This document shows positions 1 through 9,960 of a DNA stretch of 64,000 bases, in pieces. The position numbers and the translations under genes were made by a program. This DNA comes from Terrimicrobiaceae bacterium. Its GTDB lineage: Bacteria > Verrucomicrobiota > Verrucomicrobiia > Chthoniobacterales > Terrimicrobiaceae. The stretch is taken from contig JBGSVZ010000085.1 in NCBI GenBank assembly GCA_041752695.1, positions 32,001 to 96,000 on the forward strand. The letters run 5' to 3'. Each line of letters begins with the position of its first letter. The first letter of the stretch is position 1. The notes under the pieces are model-generated. The model saw nothing but the letters and a program-made list of their open reading frames with translations, made no database searches and was not told where the DNA came from.

Positions 1-646
1 CAAACATCCAGAGGGTGGTGAAAAGAAGAACCGCGGAGAATTTCATGCGTTCCGCCGTTGCACCGAAAATCAGGGCCGGCGTAATGATCGCGAAGGTCAA
101 CTGGAACATGGCCCAGATGTAATCGGAGATCCAGTAGTAGCCCGCTCCAACCGCCCCGGGCGTCATGCCCTTGAACATGGCATAGGAGAAGTCCCCTACG
201 AATGCACCGCTGCCTCCAAACGCGAGACTATACCCGCAGAGGAACCAGAGAATTGAAACGAGGCCGGTCAATCCCAGGCACATCGCCAGGACTGAGAGTA
301 CGTTCTTCGAGCGAACCAAACCGCCGTAGAACAGGGCCAAACCCGGGAGGGTCATGAACAGCACCAAGGCCGCGCTGACCATTTGCCACGAGTTGTGACC
401 GGGGCCGGGCACCTTGATCTTGGAGGCGTCACCGGAGGGACGATCCACGTTGTTGAAGTACGCTTCGATGTCCTCAACACGTTGCTCAAGAGTGATCGGA
501 GCTGCCTCGGTCGCAGGAGCGGCAGTTTCCGCCGCCGGAGCAGGGGCAGGGGTTTCTTGAGCGGACGCTCGGTAGGGTGAGACGACGGTGGCCAGTGCGA
601 GGGTGGTCGCAGCCAGGGTCGCCAGCAAAGGTTTTCTCTTCAGCAT
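1..646 (-). CDS. amtB: Ammonium transporter (partial, runs off the window start)
   Basis: Manual translation from ATG at 646: signal peptide MLKRKPLLATLAATTLALA, then NSWQMVSAALVLFMTLPGLALFYGGLVRSKNVLS and FQLTFAIITPALIFGATAERMKF, which are Amt family motifs. Absent from the ORF track because the stop is outside the window. Confidence 0.95.
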   Translation of the reverse strand, partial: MLKRKPLLATLAATTLALATVVSPYRASAQETPAPAPAAETAAPATEAAPITLEQRVEDIEAYFNNVDRPSGDASKIKVPGPGHNSWQMVSAALVLFMTLPGLALFYGGLVRSKNVLSVLAMCLGLTGLVSILWFLCGYSLAFGGSGAFVGDFSYAMFKGMTPGAVGAGYYWISDYIWAMFQLTFAIITPALIFGATAERMKFSAVLLFTTLWMF

Positions 647-717
647 GGTATGATACGTCTTGGTTGGTTGTTTTTGAGGTTACCGCCCGCCAACTGGCGA
701 TCAGTGGTGAGCGTAGA

Positions 718-734
718 AGCAAAACCCGTGCCAA
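718..734 (-). promoter_or_regulatory. Sigma54 (-24/-12) promoter of amtB
   Basis: Minus strand reads TTGGCACGGGTTTTGCT, matching TGGCAC-N5-TTGC, about 70 bp upstream of the amtB ATG. Confidence 0.85.
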
Positions 735-797
735 CTCGTTTAGACCCACTCCGTTTCGCAAGATCCTCCTGAAAAACCGCCCAGGCCCTGAATGACA

Positions 798-837
798 AAA
801 ACGCAACAGTTGCCGTGCGCGTGTTGCGTTTTGTGCA
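798..837. promoter_or_regulatory. Inverted repeat, candidate upstream activator site for an enhancer-binding protein (or dedA terminator)
   Basis: AAAACGCAACA (798-808), 13-bp spacer, TGTTGCGTTTT (822-832), followed by GTGCA, which resembles an NtrC half-site. Confidence 0.45.
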
Positions 838-873
838 ATCTGCCGCTCCGTGGGGCAGGATCTGGTAGAGGAA

Positions 874-1539
874 CTAGGCGGTCGTGCCGCGCCGTTTTTC
901 CAACCAGGCCTTCCCCATCTCCCAAGCGATCGGGAGCACCGAAACGATGATAATACCGAGAATGACCACCTTCATGTTTTTCTGGACGATTTCCAGTCCA
1001 CCAAACACGTAGCCGGCCCCGATAAATAGGCCTACCCAGATGATGGCGCCCGTCACATTGTAGAAGAAGAATTTCCGATAATCCATCGTTCCGACTCCCG
1101 CCACAAAGGGGGCGAAGGTGCGCACGATGGGAACGAACCGTGCCAGAATAATGGCCCGCCCGCCGTATTTTTCATAGAAAGCATGCGCTTTCAAAAGGTG
1201 GTCACGATTAAAAAAGCGGTTGGATTGAAACTGAAAGACCCTGGGGCCGATCCACTTGCCGATGGAATAATTCACACTGTCCCCCAAAATCGCAGCGATA
1301 AGCAGTAAGGGAGTGATGATCTCCACGCGCAGTCCCATTTCCGGCCGGGCAGCCAGCGCACCCACCGCAAAAAGCAGGGAGTCTCCGGGCAGGAATGGCG
1401 TCACCACCAATCCGGTTTCGCAGAAAATAATGGCGAAAAGAAGGGCATAAATCCACACGCCATAATTCTGGATAAACCAGACCAGGTGGTTCTCGGCGTG
1501 GAGGATAAAATCGACCATTTGCTTGAGCAGATCCATCAT
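874..1539 (-). CDS. dedA: DedA family membrane protein
   Basis: FCETGLVVTPFLPGDSLLF and ARFVPIVRTFAPFVAG motifs. Start set at MMDLL. Confidence 0.93.
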   Translation of the reverse strand: MMDLLKQMVDFILHAENHLVWFIQNYGVWIYALLFAIIFCETGLVVTPFLPGDSLLFAVGALAARPEMGLRVEIITPLLLIAAILGDSVNYSIGKWIGPRVFQFQSNRFFNRDHLLKAHAFYEKYGGRAIILARFVPIVRTFAPFVAGVGTMDYRKFFFYNVTGAIIWVGLFIGAGYVFGGLEIVQKNMKVVILGIIIVSVLPIAWEMGKAWLEKRRGTTA

Positions 1540-1750
1540 GAGGCCGCAAAGAAAACTCGACGCGGAAGTAATTGGGAAGTCTTTTCGCCCCCCCGAGTTG
1601 CGCACGGTCCCGGGCACTGATACACTTAATGCCGTTCATTTATGACTTCCTCGGACAATTCTTTCTCCGCCCACCCCACGATGGGGATCGAGCGGATCGC
1701 ATCCTTTCCCCGCGGCCGAAACCCGGCTTTCAACTGACCAGGCCTCCGTT

Positions 1751-2416
1751 TTGATCGCGCTCGGTAAAACCTCGGAGTGCTCTTCGATCGACGCGGCGCT
1801 TTCCGAGTGTATCACGAGGGCAGAGTCGGACGGCATCGCGTTGGAAGAGGCTTTGGAGAATCTCGGCCCGGCGAGTTTTTGTTTTGTCTGCCTGCTTTTG
1901 GCGATGCCTTTCCTGCAGCCAATCCCCCTCGGGCCTTATACCATGGCGAGCGGAATTACATTCATCGCCTGCGGATGGCAGATGGTGCAAGGCCGACAGA
2001 TCCCCCTCCTGCCCAACGCCATGCGAGATGCCCGCCTGCACGGCCGGGGCTGGGTGATGGCATTGAGACTCTGTCAGCGCGTGCTGCGTTTCGGCCGCAA
2101 GTTCACCCGCCGCCGCCAGGAGGCCCGGGTTTCCGGTCGTGCCGGCGAACGACTCGTCGGCTGGTTTATTGCGGGCGGGGGTGTCTTGCTGGCCATCCCG
2201 GCCGCCAATCTCCCGTTCAACAATATCTTTCCTGCTTTGATGATCATTTGCGCCTCGCTGGCCTGGCTGGAACGCGACGGGGTCCTGATCGTAGTTTCGC
2301 TCATTTTCGGTGTGCTTTCCGTGGCCTACTTTGTCGTCATCGGCCTGGTCCTCTGGTATTTCGGCACGGAAATTTTCGTCTGGATCAAATCGTTCCTGCC
2401 CGGCCCAGGGGCTTGA
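1751..2416 (+). CDS. ExoD-family exopolysaccharide synthesis membrane protein
   Basis: LLLAMPFLQPIPLG, QMVQGR..PLLP, PFNNIFPA..LAWLERDG pattern. TTG start is uncertain. Confidence 0.8.
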   Translation: MIALGKTSECSSIDAALSECITRAESDGIALEEALENLGPASFCFVCLLLAMPFLQPIPLGPYTMASGITFIACGWQMVQGRQIPLLPNAMRDARLHGRGWVMALRLCQRVLRFGRKFTRRRQEARVSGRAGERLVGWFIAGGGVLLAIPAANLPFNNIFPALMIICASLAWLERDGVLIVVSLIFGVLSVAYFVVIGLVLWYFGTEIFVWIKSFLPGPGA

Positions 2417-2468
2417 GCGGGGCGGTTTGGTATTGACGGTTGCCAGCCGGAAAGCCAGTTCCTAAAGC

Positions 2469-3590
2469 ATGGCCACGTTTCGACCCCTGCTCCTCGCTGG
2501 AGCGCTTTTTCTGCCGATCGTCTTGCCCACCTCCGCGCAGGACATTCCCATCGGAGAATTCGCCTCGCTCACCGGAGGCGCCGCGAGTTTCGGCCAGTCG
2601 TCCCACAAAGGCACGGAACTCGCCATCGAGGAAATCAACGCCAGCGGCGGTGTGCTTGGCAAAAAACTCCGTCTCATCACCGAGGACGACCAATCCCAGG
2701 CCGGACAGCCTGCCACGATCGTGCGAAAATTGATTTCGCAGGACAAGGTCGTTGCCATTCTTGGAGAAGTCGCCTCGTCCCGATCTCTCGAGGCCGCCCC
2801 GATTTGCCAGCAAAATAAAATTCCCATGATCACCCCGGCCTCGACCAATCCCAAGGTCACCGAGGTGGGGGACTACATTTTCCGCATCTGTTTCATCGAC
2901 CCCTTTCAGGGAACGGTGATGTCTAAATTTGCCCAGTCCAAGGGCTGGAAAAAAATCGCGGTCCTCACCGACGTAAAGCAGGATTACAGCGTCGGACTTA
3001 GCGAATTTTTCATCAAGGACTTCACGGCGAGTGGAGGGCAAATCGTGAAGGAGCAGAAGTTCTCCTCCGGTGACAAGGATTTCAAACCCCAACTCACCTC
3101 GCTCAAAGCCGCCCGACCCGACGCCATCTTTATCCCTGGATACTACGCAGAAGTCGCCCTGATCGCCAAACAGGCCCGCCTGCTTGGGATCAAGGTCCCA
3201 TTGCTCGGCGGCGACGGCTGGGTGGGCGACTCGCTGCTCAAAGTTGCCGGCAATTCCCTCGATGGATGTTATCTTTCCTGCCACTTCTCGGCCGACGACA
3301 AGTCGCCCAAGACCACGGAGTTTGTCGCGAAATACCAGGCGAAATACGGCGAGATTCCCGACGACATGGCCGCCCTCGGCTACGACAGCGCCATGATCCT
3401 GGCGGAAGCCATCAAACGCGCCGGCACCACCGAGCCGCAGCAACTCCGCGACGCCATCGCCGCCACCAAGGACCACGCAGGCATCACCGGAACAATCACC
3501 CTCGACGCCGCCCGCAATGCCTCCAAGCCGGCCGTCATTCTCACCATCGACAAGGGCGGCTTCCAGTTCGTCGAAACGGTCAAACCGTAG
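2469..3590 (+). CDS. livK: Branched-chain amino acid ABC transporter substrate-binding protein (LivK/LivJ-like)
   Basis: Signal peptide; LAIEEINASGGVLGKKL; ALGYDSA; first gene of a liv operon. Confidence 0.9.
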   Translation: MATFRPLLLAGALFLPIVLPTSAQDIPIGEFASLTGGAASFGQSSHKGTELAIEEINASGGVLGKKLRLITEDDQSQAGQPATIVRKLISQDKVVAILGEVASSRSLEAAPICQQNKIPMITPASTNPKVTEVGDYIFRICFIDPFQGTVMSKFAQSKGWKKIAVLTDVKQDYSVGLSEFFIKDFTASGGQIVKEQKFSSGDKDFKPQLTSLKAARPDAIFIPGYYAEVALIAKQARLLGIKVPLLGGDGWVGDSLLKVAGNSLDGCYLSCHFSADDKSPKTTEFVAKYQAKYGEIPDDMAALGYDSAMILAEAIKRAGTTEPQQLRDAIAATKDHAGITGTITLDAARNASKPAVILTIDKGGFQFVETVKP

Positions 3591-3620
3591 TCCTAACGGG
3601 GAGCCAGGGATCAATCAGGC

Positions 3621-4559
3621 ATGGCGGACCAGCTCCTCGAATTTGCCCAGCAGCTTATTAACGGGCTGGCCCAAGGCTCGATCTACGCGCTCATCGCGCT
3701 TGGCTACACCATGGTGTTCGGTGTGCTGCGTTTCATCAACTTCGCCCACGGCGACGTCTTCATGCTCGGCGCTTTCGCCGGACTCTACACCGCGCCGAAA
3801 CTCCTCGCGCTCTTCGGCGGCGGCCCGTCCCTCCCCGGCGCGACCGCTGTCCTCCTCGTCGCCATGCTCATCTGCGCGGCCATCGGCATCCTGATTGAAA
3901 AACTCTGCTACCGCCCGCTCCGCGACCGGCCGCGGCTCACCGTTCTGATCACCGCCATCGGCGTTTCCCTCTTCCTCGAAAATGCCGGCCAATATGCCTT
4001 CGGGGTTGATCCCCAGTCCTTTCCCGAGATCATCGTGGATCGCGCCATTGAGATCCCGGAAACCTGGGGCGCAATCTCCGCACTTACCATCACCATCGGC
4101 CAAATCCTCGTCGTGGGAGTGACGCTATTCCTCCTCCTTGTGCTGCGATTCGTCGTGCTCCACACCCGCCTGGGCATGGCCATGCGCGCCCTTTCGTTTA
4201 ACCCGGTCGCCGCCTCCCTGATGGGCGTGAATACGGACGTCGTCATCTCCTTCACCTTCGGCCTGGGGTCCGCTCTGGCCGGAGCCGCGGGCATCCTCAC
4301 ATCGATCCAACAGCCCAGCATCGACCCCCTCATGGGCATCAACATCGGCCTCAAGGCTTTCGTCGCCGCCGTCCTCGGAGGCATCGGCAACATCCCCGGC
4401 GCCGCACTTGGCGGCATCCTCATCGGTGTGCTGGAGGCGCTCGTCGTGGGTTACATCAATCCCACCTATCGCGACGCCCTGGTTTTTGCCGTGCTCATTC
4501 TTATCCTCATCGTAAAACCTTCCGGCCTGCTGGGCAAAACGGAGCGCGAAAAAGTCTGA
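3621..4559 (+). CDS. livH: Branched-chain amino acid ABC permease
   Basis: NGLAQGSIYALIALGYTMVFGVLRFINFAHG; KAFVAAVLGGIG. Confidence 0.93.
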   Translation: MADQLLEFAQQLINGLAQGSIYALIALGYTMVFGVLRFINFAHGDVFMLGAFAGLYTAPKLLALFGGGPSLPGATAVLLVAMLICAAIGILIEKLCYRPLRDRPRLTVLITAIGVSLFLENAGQYAFGVDPQSFPEIIVDRAIEIPETWGAISALTITIGQILVVGVTLFLLLVLRFVVLHTRLGMAMRALSFNPVAASLMGVNTDVVISFTFGLGSALAGAAGILTSIQQPSIDPLMGINIGLKAFVAAVLGGIGNIPGAALGGILIGVLEALVVGYINPTYRDALVFAVLILILIVKPSGLLGKTEREKV

Positions 4560-5533
4560 TGGCCACCCGCGCAAAAACCCTCTTAGCCACCACCCTGCTG
4601 GCCTGCGCCGTCCTCTCGATTTTCGCCGGGAAAATCAATCCCTACTATTACGACATCCTCATCAGCATTGGGATCAACATCATCCTTGCGACCAGCCTGA
4701 ATCTCGTCAACGGCTACACCGGTCAGTTCTCCCTCGGTCACGCCGGCTTCATGGCCGTGGGGGCCTACGCGTCCGCCTGGCTCTCCCTCACCTTCGGCTA
4801 TATCCTCGGCACCCATTCTGCCGCCACCACCGCCACTTTCCTCGGAGCACTCACCGTCGGCGGCCTCATCGCCGGTCTGGCGGGCCTCGCCGTCGGCATC
4901 CCCTCCCTGCGCCTGCGCGGCGACTACCTCGCCATTGTTACGCTCGGCTTCAACGAAATCATCAAGGGCGTGATCCAAAACGCCGAACCCCTCGGCGCCC
5001 AACGCGGCCTCGGCGGCATGATGCAGCACACCAATTTCTTTTGGACCTTCACCTTCGCCGCCCTCACCGTTTACGTCGTGCTGACCCTGGTCCACTCCAC
5101 CTACGGCAGTGGTTTTCTGGCCGTGCGCGATGACGAAATCGCTGCCGAAGCCATGGGCATCAACACCACAAAATACAAAGTGCTCGCCTTTGTCATCGGC
5201 GCGTTTTTTGCCGGAGTCGCCGGGGGCCTCTATGCGCACTTCAAACAATTCGTTCACCCCGAGGGCTTCAATTTTCTCCGGTCCGTCGATATCGTCGTCA
5301 TGGTCATCCTCGGCGGCATGGGCAGCACCATCGGCGTCTGTATTGCAGCCGTCCTCCTCACCATCCTGCCCGAGGTCCTCCGCGCCCTCGCCCATCTCCC
5401 CTGGCTTCCCGAATGGCTCCGTCCCATTGTGGAAAACCGCATGATTCTCTACTCCCTGCTCCTCATCATTCTCATGATCGCGCGCCCGCAGGGACTCTTC
5501 AGCGGCATCGGCCTCAAACGCCAAAAAACATGA
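4559..5533 (+). CDS. livM: Branched-chain amino acid ABC permease
   Basis: GYTGQFSLGHAGF; LRLRGDYLAIVTLGF; TGATG overlap with livH. Confidence 0.93.
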   Translation: MATRAKTLLATTLLACAVLSIFAGKINPYYYDILISIGINIILATSLNLVNGYTGQFSLGHAGFMAVGAYASAWLSLTFGYILGTHSAATTATFLGALTVGGLIAGLAGLAVGIPSLRLRGDYLAIVTLGFNEIIKGVIQNAEPLGAQRGLGGMMQHTNFFWTFTFAALTVYVVLTLVHSTYGSGFLAVRDDEIAAEAMGINTTKYKVLAFVIGAFFAGVAGGLYAHFKQFVHPEGFNFLRSVDIVVMVILGGMGSTIGVCIAAVLLTILPEVLRALAHLPWLPEWLRPIVENRMILYSLLLIILMIARPQGLFSGIGLKRQKT

Positions 5534-6324
5534 GCGCTCCCCCCGGCCCTCCGCCCCCGGCCCTCCTTCGCCTCGAAGGCTGCACCATGCAATTCGGCGG
5601 CCTGAAATGCGTGAGCGACCTCTCCTTCACCATCCCCGAGGGCAGCCTCACCGGCCTCATCGGCCCGAACGGCGCAGGCAAGACCACTGTCTTTAACCTG
5701 ATCACCGGAGTGTATCGTCCCACGGCGGGAAAAATTTCCTTCGCCAGCAAATCCGTCGTCGGCCACCGCCCCTATCGCATCACCTCGCGTGGCATCGCAC
5801 GGACTTTTCAAAACATCCGCCTCTTCGGCTCCCTGAGCGTCTTCGACAACGTCCGCACCGCCTGCAACATGCACCTGCGCCACGGCATCTCGCACGCCCT
5901 CCTGCGCGGCCCGAAGTTCGCCACCGAAAACGCCGAAACCGAGGCCACCGTCACCGAACTCCTCGACATCTTCGGCCTCAACGCCGTGCGCGACGAACCC
6001 TGCCGCAGCCTGCCCTATGGCGACCAGCGCCGCCTCGAAATCGTCCGCGCCCTTGCCACCCGCCCCAAACTGCTCCTCCTTGACGAACCCGCCGCCGGCA
6101 TGAACCCCACCGAGAAGATCGAACTGATGAACCTTATCCGTTTCACCAAGGAAAAATTCCACCTCGCCGTCCTCCTCGTCGAGCACGACATGAAAGTCGT
6201 CATGGGCATCTGCGAACGCATCATCGTCCTCGACTACGGCAAAAAGATCGCCGAAGGCACGCCCGCCGAAGTCCGCGCCAACCCCGCCGTCATTGCCGCT
6301 TACTTAGGGAAGGAAAAACCATGA
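5530..6324 (+). CDS. livG: Branched-chain amino acid ABC ATPase
   Basis: Walker A GPNGAGKT; GIARTFQNIRLF; LLLDEPAAG; ATGA overlap with livM. Confidence 0.93.
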   Translation: MSAPPGPPPPALLRLEGCTMQFGGLKCVSDLSFTIPEGSLTGLIGPNGAGKTTVFNLITGVYRPTAGKISFASKSVVGHRPYRITSRGIARTFQNIRLFGSLSVFDNVRTACNMHLRHGISHALLRGPKFATENAETEATVTELLDIFGLNAVRDEPCRSLPYGDQRRLEIVRALATRPKLLLLDEPAAGMNPTEKIELMNLIRFTKEKFHLAVLLVEHDMKVVMGICERIIVLDYGKKIAEGTPAEVRANPAVIAAYLGKEKP

Positions 6325-6327
6325 GAC

Positions 6328-6470
6328 TTACAGAAGGAAACGAAGATAACAAAGAGGGTGCCAAGCCACGAATCCCCTTAGCCGCGGTCGTGAGAACGTG
6401 GGGCCATGCGGGTAACCCTCTCAAAAGAACCTTCCCCTCCAACCTTCGTTTCCTTCGTTACCTTCTGTAA
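6328..6470. repeat. Miniature inverted-repeat element with 9-bp-periodic arms (family A)
   Basis: TTACAGAAGGAAACGAAGATAACAAAG (6328-6354) and inverse arm 6444-6470 (reverse complement TTACAGAAGGTAACGAAGGAAACGAAG), 23/27 match. Related copies at 38148 and 39260. Confidence 0.85.
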
Positions 6471-6486
6471 AAAATCCCCCCGCCTC

Positions 6487-7194
6487 ATGTTGACGATCAC
6501 CGACCTCCATGTCTGCTACGGCGCGATCAGCGCCCTCCAGGGGATTTCCCTCACCGTTCCGCGTGGCAGCATCGTCACCCTCGTCGGCGCAAACGGTGCG
6601 GGCAAGACCACCACCCTGCGCACCATCTCCGGCCTGGTCCCTCCCGCCTCCGGCACCATCACCTTCGATGGCGAAACCATCACCGGCCTCCCCCCGCACA
6701 AAATCGTCGCCCGCGGCCTTGCCCAGTCCCCGGAAGGCCGCATGGTTTTTGCCAACCTCACCGTCTTGGAAAACCTCCGCATGGGCGCCTACCTGCGTCG
6801 CGACACCGCTGGGATTGCCTCCTCCCTCGAAGCCATCTTCGCCATGTTTCCCCGCCTCCAGGAGCGCCTCAAACAAACCGCCGGAACCCTCAGCGGTGGC
6901 GAACAACAAATGCTCGCCATCGGGCGCGCCCTCATGAGCAATCCGAAATGCCTCATGCTCGACGAACCCTCCCTCGGCATCGCCCCGCTCCTCGTCCAGA
7001 CCATCTTTGCCAAAATCGTCGAAATCAATCGCACCCTCGGCCTCACCATCCTCCTCGTCGAACAAAACGCCAACCTTGCCCTGGAAATTTCCCACTACGG
7101 GTACGTGATGGAAACCGGCCGCATCCTCCTCCACGAAACGTCCGCCGCCCTCAGGGAAGATCCTGCCATCCAGGAAGCCTACCTCGGCGGATAG
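6487..7194 (+). CDS. livF: Branched-chain amino acid ABC ATPase
   Basis: GANGAGKT; LSGGEQQMLAIGRALM; DEPSLG. Confidence 0.93.
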   Translation: MLTITDLHVCYGAISALQGISLTVPRGSIVTLVGANGAGKTTTLRTISGLVPPASGTITFDGETITGLPPHKIVARGLAQSPEGRMVFANLTVLENLRMGAYLRRDTAGIASSLEAIFAMFPRLQERLKQTAGTLSGGEQQMLAIGRALMSNPKCLMLDEPSLGIAPLLVQTIFAKIVEINRTLGLTILLVEQNANLALEISHYGYVMETGRILLHETSAALREDPAIQEAYLGG

Positions 7195-7266
7195 GGCGCT
7201 CCACGAATCGATCTTCCGGAAAATTTCCCCCTTGCGGCATCGCCGCTTTTCCGCATTTTCTCCTCC

Positions 7267-8193
7267 ATGACCCTCGCCACACCACCCACGGAAGCCCAGG
7301 AAGAAGCTCTCGTTGCCATCTGCCTTTTTGCCGCTTTCGCGGATGGCGATAAGTCGGAATCAGAACACACCGAAGTCCGCCGCATTGCCGATGGCTTCGG
7401 GGAAAATCTCGCGCCCACCATCACCCAGAAAATTCTTACCGGCCGGCTTGGCATGGCACATGCCGCCTCCGCCCTCACCGATCCCAACCATCGCCTTCTC
7501 GCTTATGAAATGGCGGTCGCGGTCTGCGACGCCGATGGCACCGTGACGCCGACCGAACGCGCCTTTCTCGAAGATCTCCGATCGCAACTTGCCATAGGCA
7601 CCAGCGAGGCTCAACAGACGGAACAACCCGTCACCGACGTCGCCCTGGCACCCCTTGGAGACCAACCCTCCTCGCCCGACAACGGAGGCATGATCCTGCG
7701 CTACGCCATCGTCAATGGCGCGCTCGAACTCCTCCCCGACACCCTCGCCACGGTCGCCATCATTCCCTTGCAGATGAAGATGGTTTACCGCATTGGCAAA
7801 TCGCACGGTGTCGCCCTCGATACCGGCCACATCAAGGAATTTCTGGCCACCGCGGGTATTGGCATGACCTCCCAGGTGGTCGAAGGGTTTGCGCGCAAGT
7901 TCGCAAAAAATCTCTTTAAAAACTTCACCGGAAAAACGGGCTCGAAAATTGCTGACCAGGCCACCGGCTCCGCGTTCTCCTTCGGCTCAACCTACGCCCT
8001 CGGTTACGTCGCCGATCAATATTACGCCGGAGGCCGCACCATGCTGCCCGCCCAGATGCGCGAGGGGTTTCAAAATCTCCTCACCGCCGCCCGTGAGAAA
8101 CACGCCACCTTCCTCCCCCAAATTCAAGAAAAAGCCCAATCCCTCGATCCGGGAAAAATTTTCACCCTTCTGCGCGACCCGGCGGGAGTGTAA
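7267..8193 (+). CDS. TerB-like N-terminal domain fused to a DUF697-like domain
   Basis: AAFADG..SESE and AVCDADG..TPTERAFL (TerB-like); IIPLQMKMVYRIGKSHG and STYALG (DUF697-like). Confidence 0.7.
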   Translation: MTLATPPTEAQEEALVAICLFAAFADGDKSESEHTEVRRIADGFGENLAPTITQKILTGRLGMAHAASALTDPNHRLLAYEMAVAVCDADGTVTPTERAFLEDLRSQLAIGTSEAQQTEQPVTDVALAPLGDQPSSPDNGGMILRYAIVNGALELLPDTLATVAIIPLQMKMVYRIGKSHGVALDTGHIKEFLATAGIGMTSQVVEGFARKFAKNLFKNFTGKTGSKIADQATGSAFSFGSTYALGYVADQYYAGGRTMLPAQMREGFQNLLTAAREKHATFLPQIQEKAQSLDPGKIFTLLRDPAGV

Positions 8194-8208
8194 CAATTCT
8201 TTCCTTTC

Positions 8209-9534
8209 TCAGAACGTCAGCCCGACCTGGCAACCCACCACCAGCGCGTTGGGAATATCCCCCGTGCCGCCGGGCTGGAGGATCCACTGCACATCGGGCT
8301 GGAGTTGGAGATTTTCCGTAAGTTGAATAATATAACTGGCCTCGAGAACCGTTTCCATCGTCGGACGGCCCTGTCCGGCTGAGGCTTGCGCGTTGGCATA
8401 ATCGCGGCTGAATCCTCCCGTGTAAAAACTGACCAAAAGATTGTCCCGATCGCGTCCGGGGACCAGCCCCTGCCAGATCGCGCCGCCGAATCCCATCACA
8501 GGCATTGGCGCGAGTTCTTCCTGCGGCGAATAGGTCACTCCTCCCCACACCGAAAAATGGTGCTGCGGGTTCGACTGGCTACGCCAGACCATTTGCTGCG
8601 CCATCGCATAAAACCCATAAGCATTCTGCGCCGTGCCGCCTTGAAATGTGTCGAAGCTGTAGTTCGCATAATACGCCCCGAAACTATATACGCCCTTGAG
8701 GCCCGGCTCCGCAGGGACGACCGCCTTTTTGTCGAAACGGGATTCGGGTTCGCCAGCAAAGTCCGGAGTCCAGCCCATCTCCGCCATCAGGAGCACCCCG
8801 TCACCGGGCTGGATGGTAAAATCCGCGCCGTGATACGCCGGATTCCCAATCCGCGGCGAGGCCTGGAAAACCCCGGCCTCAAGGTAGACTTCGTCGATGG
8901 GCTTGAATTTCGTGTGGGCCGCCCAGGACGCGCTGGCCGTGGCGTGATAAGGCGCATTGAGAAACAGCGAGGTCGGATTGCCATTCACGGCACCGCTTAC
9001 CACCATTCCCATGGCGGGCATGGTGGCAAAAAATTGTCCGGCGGAAAACCGGCCGACATTGACCTCCCATCGGTCGTCGCAGAGGCGCTGTTTGAAAAAC
9101 AGATCATAGAGCGCAAACGTGTTCATCACCCGGGCCTGCGAGATGGTGAAGACGTTGCCCACAGAGTTCGACAGATTCGACCCGGCGGCATCGGTCATCG
9201 AGAGAATGATCGATCCCCCCTTCCAGCCGATGGTCTTCTCCAGACTGAGTTCACCACCGACCACCAGGAGTTGCATCCAGGAAACCTCCTGTGAGATGCC
9301 TCCCAAGGGATTTGCCAGAAGATCGCCCCAATAGCTGAAAAACGGACGGAAACCGGCTTCGGTCATTTCCGCTTTCCAGCGTTTCACAGCGCGCTCCATT
9401 TCGCCCTCCAGAGCACCGGCACGCCAATCTTCCTGAAGATCGTCGTAAAAGATGTGGCGCGGAACCTGCGCAGCCTCAGCAATCGCCAGCGTCGTGACGG
9501 CGAAAAGCAAAACGCAGAAGCGCGAGGAAATCAT
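8209..9534 (-). CDS. Carbohydrate-selective porin, OprB family
   Basis: Signal peptide; LANPLGG; ETVLEASY..LQPDVQWILQPGG; C-terminal Phe. Confidence 0.88.
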   Translation of the reverse strand: MISSRFCVLLFAVTTLAIAEAAQVPRHIFYDDLQEDWRAGALEGEMERAVKRWKAEMTEAGFRPFFSYWGDLLANPLGGISQEVSWMQLLVVGGELSLEKTIGWKGGSIILSMTDAAGSNLSNSVGNVFTISQARVMNTFALYDLFFKQRLCDDRWEVNVGRFSAGQFFATMPAMGMVVSGAVNGNPTSLFLNAPYHATASASWAAHTKFKPIDEVYLEAGVFQASPRIGNPAYHGADFTIQPGDGVLLMAEMGWTPDFAGEPESRFDKKAVVPAEPGLKGVYSFGAYYANYSFDTFQGGTAQNAYGFYAMAQQMVWRSQSNPQHHFSVWGGVTYSPQEELAPMPVMGFGGAIWQGLVPGRDRDNLLVSFYTGGFSRDYANAQASAGQGRPTMETVLEASYIIQLTENLQLQPDVQWILQPGGTGDIPNALVVGCQVGLTF

Positions 9535-9664
9535 GGCCGCCGATGTAGCAGCCAGCGTGCCGGGAGGAAACGTTGGATTTCACGTTCGTCGCAGACGACC
9601 CCTCGCTGCTGTGCCAAGGACGCTTCTGTGCGGTCCCGCATTGGGTTCCCGCAAAACCCCGGCC

Positions 9665-9910
9665 CTACGCCGGACAGGCTACCAGACGCACATTTCCCTG
9701 CTCGACGATCACTTCCGTGGGCTGAGGCCAGACGTGACCTTTGAGCGCGGCGCTCACTTTTGCCGCCATCACATTGAGCCGGGGTCCGCCCGCGGCGCGG
9801 ATTTTCCGCACGGTGTATTCGGGCAGCCCGAGCACGCCCGGTTCCGTTCCCTTGGCACCCTCTAAAAAGAAGCCGATATTGCGGCCGTTGTATTTAATCG
9901 TCAGTTTCAT
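9665..9910 (-). CDS. Small hypothetical protein (81 aa)
   Basis: ATG-initiated ORF MKLTIKYNGRN with GC-rich third positions, co-oriented with both neighbours. Confidence 0.45.
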   Translation of the reverse strand: MKLTIKYNGRNIGFFLEGAKGTEPGVLGLPEYTVRKIRAAGGPRLNVMAAKVSAALKGHVWPQPTEVIVEQGNVRLVACPA

Positions 9911-9960
9911 GAACTGCACCCTGCGGCCCCTCGCACGAATAGCGATGTATTTCGGTATGC

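Noticed and set aside
7267..8193. TerB-domain gene as part of an anti-phage or ter stress system
   Set aside because: A single gene with no other ter or defence genes nearby.
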